Assembly: GCA_963693365.1 (NCBI GenBank)
Contig: CAVNZM010000011.1
Span: 248,001 to 312,000 of the forward strand
Origin: Amoebidium appalachense
Lineage: Eukaryota > Protista > Ichthyosporea
Direction: 5' to 3'
Length of the DNA stretch: 64,000 nt
Every line of letters begins with the position of its first letter. Within the stretch, counting starts at the first letter, position 1. Position numbers and translations under genes: made by a program. Below the pieces are notes generated by a model. That model was not told where the DNA came from, did no database searches, and saw only the letters and a program-made list of their open reading frames with translations. Below, piece after piece: positions 1 through 12,000 of this stretch.

Positions 1-2
1 TC

Positions 3-3000
3 GACGGGGGGTCTTTGGACTGCGACTGTAATTTCGTAGCTCGGGGGGAGGTGGGGGCACAGGAGGTGCGCAGTGAGGGGTGTGAGGGGGGGCAGAGCAA
101 CTGGGGGATGGCTGCGGCCAGTGACGGATTCTACCAACCAGACTCCTTCAAGCGCGCAGTACAGGTGCTGACCGAACAGCCCCCCCCCCCCCCCCCCCCC
201 CCAAACACACACACAAAAACACTCCCCTCCCCCCCCCCCCCCAAACACACACGCAAAAACACTCCCCTCCCCCTCCCCCCCCCCCCCCCCCCCCCCCCCA
301 AACACACACACAAACGCACTCCCCTCCCCCCCCCCCCCCCCCCAACACACACACAAAAGCACTCCCCTCCCCCTCCCCCCCCCCCCCCCTCAGACACACA
401 CACACAGAAGCACTGCCCTCCCTCCCCCCTCCCCCCCCCCCCCCCCCCCCCCCCACACACACACACAGACACGCATTCACAAGGACACAGAAACACATCC
501 CCCCGCTCTCCCAAAGATAAAAAGAAAATGAAAGAAAAGAGGAGGGTGGGAGGTGTGTTTTTGGGTGGGGGGGGGGGGGGGGGGATACTTTAGAGTGCCT
601 ATAGAAGAGGCGGTCAGATAGAGGCACCCAATGTGCACCAGAAAGGAGACAGAAAGAAATGATAGCCTAAGCTCATTGAGCCCGCCACACAACCACCATG
701 GGTAAGCATGAATTCGCTTACTCAGCTATACAGAGCCAATCAGCAAACGTTACGTCATTTTTAACCAAATATGTTTATTCGAGAAATCAAGATAGTGATC
801 TGATTGGTGTTGCCGTGAAGTTTGGAGCTGGAGTTTCGGGTCGAATCGGTTTCACTTAGTAGGAAACTTTTTCCTTCTGGCAGCCTGAGTTTTGCAAATC
901 GCAGGCTTTTATTTGAATAATATGAGTAATCGGCAGAGACTTTGTTCACCCTTGAAAGCCGCGTGTACAGGAATGCTACACTAATAGCGCGAAGGTCGAT
1001 TCGCGAAGACTTAGGCGGATTCAGTCGGATGCACCTCTCTATAAATTCTCAAAATTCCAGAGGCTCAACGCACTTTTTAGCCCGACCCGAAATTGGCGAT
1101 CGAAACGAAAATTACGTAATTTTGCCTAAACCAATCAGGAAGTCAATAACGTCAAAAATAGACAAATTTGGCTACTTTGGAATTTCTATTAATTCAATCG
1201 GGTCACACCAATCAGAATCTGCGTACAGCAAGCGAATTCATGCTCCATGGGTATGTATCTGCATCCACACACCATCCATACCACATGCCCTCGCTGATCC
1301 CCCCCCCCACCCCCACCCGTCCCCCTCCTCCCCCCTTCCCCGCCACGAGAATTCTGACGGCTCCCCCTGCTGTGCACCTCCGAGCCTCCGAAATCCCCTC
1401 CCCCCATTCCCCCCCCCCTCCGCCCCCACCACCACCACCAACACCCTTTTCACCTTCGTCTCGACCAGCGCTTCTGAGTCGAGTTGTTGGTAATTAATGA
1501 AACTAACTATTAGTCCCCCCCCCCCCCCCCCCCCCCCCTCCTCTCTCCCTTCTGTGCACTGCAGCGATGCTACCAGCCACTATTCCTTGTCAAGACATCA
1601 TCAACAACGGGTGCACTGTGTGGCCACCGCCTGCCCATCTGCCAGGGTGGGGGCTGTGATGGGGGCCCATGTGGCCGGGGCTACACCCCCCACCTCATAG
1701 ATGCCACTGGTAACCCCGGGGACCGCTTCAACAGCAGCAACCAGATGCCTAACCGTGCAGATATGTGGCCCGGCAACGAAATACCGGGGGGGTTTCTGGA
1801 CTGCGCCTGCCGGTGGAAGGCCTTCGACCCTCTAATTGGCCCCCGGGTGCAGATTGTGGCCAGCATACGGGTCGAGCCAATGGACTCGCTGGTGGCCGGC
1901 CCGATAGCTAATGCCACGGTGCTGCTGTACGGCCAGAACAAGACTGAGCCCTTGGCCCGGGGCCTGACAGGTCCTGACGGGCAGTATGACTTTGGCAAGG
2001 TGGCGCCTGGGCCCTATGTGGTGGCCGTGGACCCAGCAACAATGCCCCCAAAAGTGGTCCCAAACACCGGTATCACGGCAGATGCTGTGCCTATAGATGC
2101 ACGATCGGTTAGCACGGGCATGTACCGGGCCGATCTGGTGTACCACTACAGGCCCACACTCAGCGGCACGGTCTACAGCACCACACAGTGCCCTGATGGT
2201 GGCCCAGCTACGGGTGTGGGCCTGGCAGGGGTCACGGTCAACCTGTATGGGTCCAGGGGGGACATTGTGGGCCACAGCACCACAGACAAAGAGGGCAGAT
2301 ACTCATTTGTGGATGTGGTGGATTGGACCCCCGCCACCATTGCATTGGACCCCACCACCATCCCGGCAGACCTGCTTCCGGCCAGTGGGGCCTATGCCGT
2401 GGCCATTCCCCCAGCCACTGCCAGTGTGGTGCACAATGTGGCTGTGTGCGACTATGTCGGGTCGGGGGCCATCCTGGGCCGGGCCTATGTGGACTTCAAC
2501 GGCAACAAGAGGATGGACTCGGACGAGCCTGGCATCGAGGGGTTCACGGTGACCCTGACAGGCAGCAGCAGCCAGGCGCAGCACACCACCAGCACCACGG
2601 CCCTGGGCCACTATGTCTTTGCCGCCCTGCCCAATGCCACCTACACCGTCACCTTTGTGCCCCCTACATCGGCCTCCAGCCCCGCTCTGCCTGGACTCGA
2701 CCCCAGGGCCCTGGCCGTGGGCACCCCCAGTGGGTCGTACACGGCCACGGTCAGTGACCAGGAGCCAATCATCGTGCTGGACCACGGTATCCGGCCACCA
2801 GGCGGCACCACGGGCATAGTGGTGACTGTCTATGAGGACCTGGACAGGGACGGCAGCCAGGATGCAAGCGAGCCCGGCATAGCGCAGGTGCATGTGGCCG
2901 TGCAGGGCCAGGGCACATACCTGACTCAGGCCACGGGCCCAGACGGCATTGTTGCCCGCTATGGCATCCCCCCCGGCAACTACACCGTGCTGGTCGATGG

Positions 3001-6000
3001 CGCCACCCTGCCCAGGGCCGATCTGCAGGTGGCGCTGTCCACACTGCTGGGGCCGGGGGGGTCGCTGGCCGTGGAGGTGGTGGCCAATCAGATTGCCCAG
3101 GTGGCTGTGGGGCTACAGCGCACCAGCCCATGCGGCCCCAGGGAGATGGACTGGAGCCAGGCTGCACAGATGGTTGGCTTCTACCGCCCAGGTGACTTCA
3201 TGCAGGCCGTGCGGGTAGGTGCCCCAACCACTCATAAGTGATGGAGCACGTGCAGGCACAGACAGGTTAATCAAACATCCAGTAGATTCCATTGTGGTAC
3301 TGGCCAATACAGAGAACCACCCAGCCACCCCCTGCCCAAAGTAGTAAGTAACGGCCGCAAGGTGAGGCCTGTAGGTTGAGCCCCACGGTGTTGCCCTTTC
3401 ACTGCCAGAGCCAATCACTGCCCTTTACCCACACCATCCTTTCTGCCCCACTGACCCCCTCCCCCCCCCCCTCTCTCCCTCCCCCCCCCCCCCCCCCCCC
3501 CCGCAGGCCTGCTACCTACCCAGCCAACTAGTGCGTTCAGTGGACGGTGCACTGTGTGGACCCAGCACACTGGCCCTTTGCCACGGCAATGCCTGCAGGG
3601 AGGAGAACTGCCCGTGGCCCTACACAGCCAAGCAGGTGGACCCCTACGGCAGCCCCTACGGCCACTTTGACACCCGCCACAACACAAGGCTCCACAAGAG
3701 AGAGGACACGTGGCCCGGCACCAGCAACAACACCACCACCCTCGACTGCGCCTGCATCGTGGTTCCCCCCGTGCCCCCACCCCCACCCATCATCCCCCTA
3801 GATGGCAGCCAGGTGTGCATAGTGGGTGGTGTGGGTGTGGTGCCCTACAACGGGGCCACCCCCATCCCCACGGCCAATGCCACCATCTCCCTGGTGCTGC
3901 CCGATGGCATGGTGCTGGCCACAGCCATTACCTCTGAGAACGGCACCCACACGTTTGGCGTCTACCCTGCTGGTGAATACTACATCGTGGCCACCCCAAG
4001 CACCCTGCCCCCTGGGGTTGCACCAATGGCCCCTACGCAGGACGACCGCATTCTTCTCAACGCCACCCTCGGGGCCCAGACCCACACAGGCACAGTGCTC
4101 TACCGCCAGGTGCTATCTGTCAGCGGCCTGGTTGTGGCCGTGGACTGCACCACAAACACAGCGCCCGAACAGGGCCTTGAGGGTGTGCGTTTGGAGGCCC
4201 GCAGCAGCAGCACCCACGCCATCCTGGCCACGGTGAGCACCAACAGCATGGGGGCCTATGCCATTGCCGACTACCCCTGGGGGGCCACCGAGATGCACGT
4301 GGACCGCACCACCCTGCCCCATGATGTGGCCGTGGCCGACAGCACCGTAGGCCTGGCCATTGATGTGGGGGCCACGGTGCTGGTGCACACGGTCAGGGTG
4401 TGCGCCGTGCTGGCCCCAGCAGGCAGTGGGGCCGTGCACGGTGTTGTGTTTTGGGACTATGACGGCGATGGCAGGCCGGGCAGCGGGGAGATCGGCATTG
4501 GCAACTACACGGTGGCCATACTGCAGGGGGGTACCGCCGTGCACACCACCACCAGCAACACCCTGGGCCAGTACCAGGCCAGCAACCTGCCCTACGGCAC
4601 ATACACCGTGCACTTTTCCGTCCCCGCAACCGCATCATGCCGCCGCCGCCGCCGCCAGGCGAGCGTGAGGGTGGTGCTCGGAGATACGGCCACTGCTGGG
4701 CCATCGGACTCGTGTGGGGCTGAAAAAACATATGAGATGACGGTGTCTGCAGAGCAGCCTGTTGTGGTGGTGAACCACGCTGTTCGCCCATCGGCCCTCG
4801 AGACTGGGGTAGGGGTGCACATGTACGAAGACACCAACAAGAATGGGGTGTGGGACAGCGGTGAGGTTGGTGTGGGTGGAGTGGCTGTGAGGGTCAGCAG
4901 TGGCGCCAACACGCTCATCGACCAGGACACGGACACCAGTGGGTGGGCCATGCGCTATGGCGTGCCGCTGGCCACCTACACGGCCACCCTGGACCCTGCC
5001 ACCCTTCCACGCTGGGACTACCGGCAGAGCTACAATGAGCTGGCAGCACAGGGGCCCATCACGGTCACGGTAACGGAGCACAAGACAGGATTGGTGCACA
5101 TTGGCCTGGAGAGACTGACGCCCTGCAGTGCCGACGAGTATGATTGGTCGATGGCTGTGGCCCGTACTGACTTCTACAAGCCTGCTGCCTTCATGAATGC
5201 TGTTAATGTAAGCATACACCCCCTCCCTCCCCCCCCCCTCCCACCCACCCCCTCCCCCGTTCACCCCCCCCAAGAGAACACCTGCTTCAACCACCCTACC
5301 CTATCTCTTCGTTCATGTCTTCTGGTCTGGTTTCTGTCGAGCCCCCCCTTTCCCCCACCTTTCCGTTCTCTTCATTTTCCCCTCTGGAAACCCTCAACAC
5401 AAACTGGATCCCTTTCTCTTTCTCTCCCTATTTCTTTCTCGTGCTCCTCCCTGCCCCCTCCCTTCACTCTCATCATCATCTACCAGCACACACGACGGCA
5501 CCCCCAATTGTTCCTGCTGATTCCTACTGCATCACTTTTGCCCCATGTGATGTTTGGTTGCTTGGTCTGACCATGACCCCACCCAGGCCTGCTACCAGGG
5601 GCTGGTGCGCACTGTGGTCGACCACAGCGGCACCCCGCACATATGCGGGCCAACCACACTGCCCCTCTGCCATGCCTGCGCCGGGGCTGGGTGTGTGCAG
5701 CCGTACACACCCACACAGGTCAACAGCTACGGCAACCAGGGCAGCCACTTCGACCCCCCCGACACCTCCGGCACCGATGAGTGGCCGGGCAGCGAGCTGG
5801 CCACCATGGCGCTGGACTGCCAGTGCGCTGCCACCCACACCAAGGTGCTGCTGCATGCCACCGTGGCCGTGCTGCCTGCCGGTGAGACCACGCTAGGCCA
5901 CAGTGCTACTGGTGCGGCCGGGGTGACGGTGCAGCTGCTGCTGCCCAATGGGACAGTGCTGGCCACGGCCACCACTGCAGCGGATGGCAACGTGTCGTTT

Positions 6001-9000
6001 GGCTACCAGCCACCCAGAGCATATGTGGTTGCCGTGGCCCTGGCCACCCTGCCAGCCATGCTGCTGCCCCTGCCGGCCAATGCGGACCACCGGGCCACCA
6101 TCAGCGCCCCCACAGCCGGCGAGGCCTATGGGGCCGTGCTGCTGTACCACGGCGCCGTCAACGTCAGCGTCCGCCTGCTGCTGCTGCCCCCCGGTGCGTC
6201 TGTGGCTCCAGCCAACACACCCGGGCTGGCAGGGGTGGATGTGGAGCTAGTGCGTGCAGACGGCACGGTGGTGGCCACTGGCACCACAGCCGCCACCACA
6301 GGCATCTGCAGCTTTGGCGCCGTGCACCCGGACCTGTACATTGTGCGCACCGTCACAGCAAGCCTGCCCAGGCTCACCGTGCCTGATGCAGCCAACGCCG
6401 ACCACCGGGCCAACATCACGGCCACAGCAACCCCCACGGCATACACGGTGGACCTGCTGTACCACCAGTACGTGGCCATTGCCGGCCGGGTGTTGGAGGT
6501 TCCAGCCGGCCAGCCAGCCGAGGCAGCCCTTGGGGCCAAGCTGGCAAACGTGGCGGTGCAGCTGCTGGCGGCCAACGGCACAATGCTGGCCAATGGCACC
6601 ACTGATGCTAGCGGCACGGCCGACTTTGGCCTGCGCCCGGCCAGCACTTACTATGTGGCTGTGGAAAGATCGACACTGCCGGCAATTTCCGTTTCGATGC
6701 AGCCGAGCCAGGCCGACTCTGTGCTGCTGACTGCGGATGTGCCCACAACGAGCTACCTGGCCGACCTGTTCTACTATCGCGGAGTCGAGATCAAGGCCAT
6801 GGTTCTGATGCTGCCCCACGGAACTGACACTTCCACTGCCACTACGCCCGGCATCCCGGGACTGCCTGTGTTTCTCCTCGGCAGCAACAGCCATGTGCTG
6901 GCCACGGGCACTACTGGCCCCGATGGGATGTACGACTTTGGGGTGCGGTGGCCTGGGGCATACAAAGTGGCGGTGAACAGCAGCAGCCTGCCGGCTCTGA
7001 CGCTGCCACTGGCGGCAAACGATGACCACGATGTGGATGTGGCAGCAACTGCCCGGGGCAGCAGCCACGTGGCCGACCTGCTGTACCGCCAGTACGCCGC
7101 CGTCACCGGCCAGGTGCTCTACGTGCCCTTTGGTGAGCTGGCAGATTCTGCAAACGCCACCGGCCGCTCCAACATCGGCGTGCTGCTGCTGTCCGGGAGC
7201 AACACCATCAAGAGCGGCACCACCGGCCCAGATGGCACGTATGACTTTGGCACCGTGGCCCCCAGCAACTACACGGTGGCCGTCAACCCGGCCACCCTCC
7301 CGGCCCAGTCCGTGGCACTGGCTGGCAACACGGCTGCGGTGGATGCAGCAGCCCCCGGCCATAGCTACACCGGGGCCGTGGCCTACTACCGGGGTGTGGA
7401 CATTGAGGCACGGGTGCTGCTGCTGCCCAACCGCACCGAGGTGGCCAACGGCACGGCCAGCGGGCTGCACCACGTGCAGGTGTCATTGCTGGGCCCAGAC
7501 GGTACCGTCGTGGCCACTCGGCTGACCAACAGCAGTGGCGCAGTGGACTTTGGCACCGTAGCCCCCGGGAGCTATGTGGTGCGTGCCAACAGCAGCACCC
7601 TGGGCTCCATGATGGTTCCCCTGGCCGCCAACCCCAGCCACAGCGCCGACATTACAGCCACCACACCCGGCAGCAGCCAGGTGGCCGACCTGCTGTACCA
7701 CCAGTTTGCAACCGTTGTGGCCCGTGTGCTTGTTGTGCCGGCCGGGGAATCAGACAGCTCCCCTTCGGCCACAGGTGCTGCAGGAGTCACGGTGACCCTG
7801 CGGGATGACATGGGGGCCGTGCTGGCCAACGGCACAATAGGCAGCAATGGCAGATTTGACTTTGGCATTCGTATGCCTGCCACATACACGATCACCGTGG
7901 ACACCAGCACCCTGCCTGTCCAGGCCGTGCCATTGTCAGTGAACACCGGCGATGCCACCACCGTGCAAGCCACCACTGCTGGTGCCACAGCCACAGGCAC
8001 ACTGTACTACTACCAGGGTGTGCAGGTGAAGACAGATGTGCTGCTGCTGCCGCCGGCTGCCAGTGTGGTGGACATCAATGCCGTGGGCCTGAATAATGTG
8101 GCTGTCACGCTGCACCGGCCCGATGGAACTGTGGTTGCATCGGCCACATCCAGCGGCGGTGGTGCTGTGGACTTTGGCACGGTGATGCCAGGGCTGTATA
8201 TGGTTAGGGCGGACCCGGCCACGCTGCCAGCACTGGCCCTGCCACTGCTGGTCAACCTGCACCACAACTTCAATGTGACGGCAACCACAGAGGGACAGAG
8301 CTACACGGCCCGCCTCCTCTACCACCAGTACGTGGAGATTGCCATCACCGTGTTGGAGTTGCCTGCAGGGGTCAGCGACCCACAGGCTCCAGGTGCTAAG
8401 CCACTGAATGGCCTGACGCTGCGCCTGGTTGATGCCCAGAATGCGGTCGTGGCCACGGCTGTGACTTCCAACGGCAGTGCACTGTTCAATGCCATCCCTG
8501 CCGGGGCATATGAGGTGCAGGTCGACACGGCCAGCCTGCCTGCATCTGTGGTGCCACAGGCTGCAAGCTCTAACCATAGTGTGGCTGTGGCTGCACCCAC
8601 GCAAGGCAGCCGCTACACTGCAACTCTGCTGTATAATACTGTGCCGGAGCCTCCCCCGCCTCCGCCTGTTACCACCATGACCATCGGTGCGACTGTGGCC
8701 ATCCTGCCTGCTGGGGACACTGCCCTTGGGCCTGGTGCACACGGTGAGCCGGGGGTGCTGCTACTGCTAACACTTGCTGACGGCACGGCCGTGGCCAACG
8801 CCACTACTGCAGCTGATGGCACGGTAACATTTGGAGAGCAGCCGCCTGGGGTTTACGTGGTTGCCGTGGCCCCGGTCACCCTGGCAGCCATGCTGCTGCC
8901 CCTGCCGGCCAATGCGGATCACCGGGCCACCATCAGCGCCCCCACAGCCGGCGAGGCCTATGGGGCCGTGCTGCTGTACCATGGCGCCGTCACCGTCAGC

Positions 9001-12000
9001 GCCCGCCTGCTGCTGTTGCCTCCCGGTGAGTCTGTGGCTGCCGCCAACAGCCCCGGGCTGGCAGGGTTGGATGTGGAGCTAGTTCGTGCAGACGGCACGG
9101 TGGTGGCCACTGGCACCACAGCCGCCACCACAGGCATCTGCAGCTTTGGCGCCGTGCACCCGGACCTGTACATTGTGCGCACCGTCACAGCAAGCCTGCC
9201 CAGGCTCACCGTGCCTGATGCAGCCAACGCCGACCACCGGGCCAACATCACGGCCACAGCAACCCCCACGGCATACACGGTGGACCTGCTGTACCACCAG
9301 TACGTGGCCATTGCCGGCCGGGTGCTGGAGGTCCCGGCCGGCCAGCCAGCCGAGGCCGCCCTTGGGGCCAAGCTGGCAGACGTGGCGGTGCAGCTGGTGG
9401 CGGCCAACGGCACAACACTGGCCAAGGGCACCACCGACGCCAGCGGCATGGCCGACTTTGGCCTACGCCCGGCCGGCACCTATTATGTGGCTGTGGAAAG
9501 ATCGACACTGCCGGCAATTTCCGTTTCGATGCAGCCCAGCCAGGCCGACTCTGTGCTGCTGACTGCGGATGTGCCCACAACGAGCTACCTGGCCGACCTG
9601 TTCTACTACCGCGGAGTCGAGATCAAGGCCAGGGTGCTGATGCTGCCCCACGGCGAAGATACAGTCACATCAAACTTTCTACCGCTGGCTGGTGTGGGGG
9701 TATCCCTGCTTGGTGCCAATCGTGTGGTCCTGGCGGCAGGTGTAACTGACACTGCTGGTGTGTACGACTTTGGAGTGCGGTGGCCTGGGGCTTATGAGGT
9801 AGCGGTGAACAGCAGCAGCCTGCCGGCACTGACTCTGCCACTGGCAGCCAACGATGACCACGATGTGGATGTGGCAGCCACGGCCCAGGGCAGCAGCCAC
9901 GTGGCCGACCTGCTGTACCGCCAGTATGCCGCCGTCACCGGCCAGGTGCTGTATGTGCCCTTTGGTGAGCTGGCAGACTCTACAAGCGTCACCGGCCGCT
10001 CAAACATTGGCGTGCTGCTGCTGTCCGGGAGCAACACCATCAAGAGCGGCACCACCGGCCCAGATGGCACGTATGACTTTGGCCCTATTGCACCCGGCAA
10101 CTACACGGTGGCTGTCAACCCGGCCACCCTCCCGGCCCAATCCGTGGCACTGGCTGGCAACACGGCTGCGGTGGACGCCGCAGCACCCGGCAGCCGCTAC
10201 ACCGGGGCCGTGGCCTACTACCAGGGTGTGGACATTGCGGCGCGGGTGCTCCTGCTGCCCAACCGCACCGAGGTGGCCGACGGCACGGCCAGCGGGCTGC
10301 ACCACGTGCAGGTGTCATTGCTGGGCCCAGACGGTACCGTCGTGGCCACTCGGCTGACCAACAGCAGTGGCGCAGTGGACTTTGGCACTGTAGCCCCCGG
10401 GAGCTATGTGGTGCGTGCCAACAGCAGCACCCTGGGCTCCATGATGGTTCCCCTGGCCGCCAACCCCAGCCACAGCGCCGACATTACAGCCACCACACCC
10501 GGCAGCAGCCAGGTGGCCGACCTGCTGTACCACCAGTTTGCAACCGTTGTGGCCCGTGTGCTTGTTGTGCCGGCCGGGGAACCAGACAGCTCCCCTTCGG
10601 CCACAGGTGCTGCAGGAGTCACGGTGACCCTGCGGGATGACATGGGGGCCGTGCTGGCCAACGGCACAACAGGCAGCAATGGCAGATTTAACTTTGGCAT
10701 TCGTATGCCTGCCACATACACCATCACCGTGGACACTAGCACCCTGCCTGCCCAGGCTGTGCCATTGTCAGTGAACACCGGCGATACCACCACTGTGCAA
10801 GCCAATACTGCTGGCGCCACAGCCACAGGCATACTGTACTACTACCAGGGTGTGCAGGTGAAGGCAGATGTGCTGCTTCTGCCACCTACTGCGACGGCTG
10901 TGGACAGCAATGCCGTGGGCCTGAATAATGTGGCTGTCACGCTGCACCGGCCCGATGGAACTGTGGTTGCATCGGCCACATCCAGTGGCGGTGGTTCTGT
11001 GGACTTTGGCACGGTGATGCCAGGGCTGTATATGGTTAGAGCCGACCCGGCCACGCTGCCAGCACTGGCCCTGCCACTGGCCGTCAACCTGCACCACAAC
11101 TTCAATGTGACGGCAACCACGGAGGGACAGAGCTACACGGCCCGCCTGCTTTACCACCAGTACGTGGCTGTGACCGGGGTGGTGATCATTGTGCCTGCAG
11201 GCGAGGCTGCAACCTCCCCTAATTGGGTCGGGGCTGGCGGTGTGACGGTCCAGCTGGTTGCTGGAAATGCGACAGTCGGCACGGGCAAGACTGACGCCAA
11301 TGGCACTTTCAGCTTTGGCACCGTGCCCCCAGGCACATATGAGGTGCGTGTCGACCCCGCCACCCTACCGCCCAACTCAGTGTCGCTTTTAGGCCAGACT
11401 GCAACTGTCGCCGCCACGGTGCCTGGCAGCAGCTATGCCGGGGAGGTGGCCTACTATCAAGGCGTTGGGGTCACGGCCAGGGTGCTGCTGCTGCCCGGAG
11501 GGAACACAACAGTCGTGGCCGGGGCTGCGGGGGTGGGCCAGGTGGCCGTGTCGCTAATGGGCAGCAACGGGCAGGTGCTGGCCACGGGAACAACCACAGC
11601 GGTTGGCCTGTACGCCTTTGGGGTGCACTGGCCCGGCACATACAGCGTGCTGGTGGACCGCACCACCCTGCCTGCCATGCTGGTGCCTCTGCCGGCCAAC
11701 AGTGAACACAAGGCCACGGCCACACTGCCCAGCCCCGGCACCGACTACACAATGGACCTGCTGTACCACCAGTACGTGGCCATCGCCGGCCGGGTGCTGG
11801 AGGTTCCGGCCGGCCAGCCAGCCGAGGCAGCCTTTGGGGCCAAGCTGGCCGACGTGGCGGTGCAGCTGCTGGCGGCCAACGGCACAATGCTGGCCAATAG
11901 CACCACTGACGCCAGCGGCACGGCCAACTTTGGCCTGCGGCCGGCCGGCACCTACTATGTGGCTGTGGAAAGATCGACACTGCCGGCGATTTCCGTCTCC

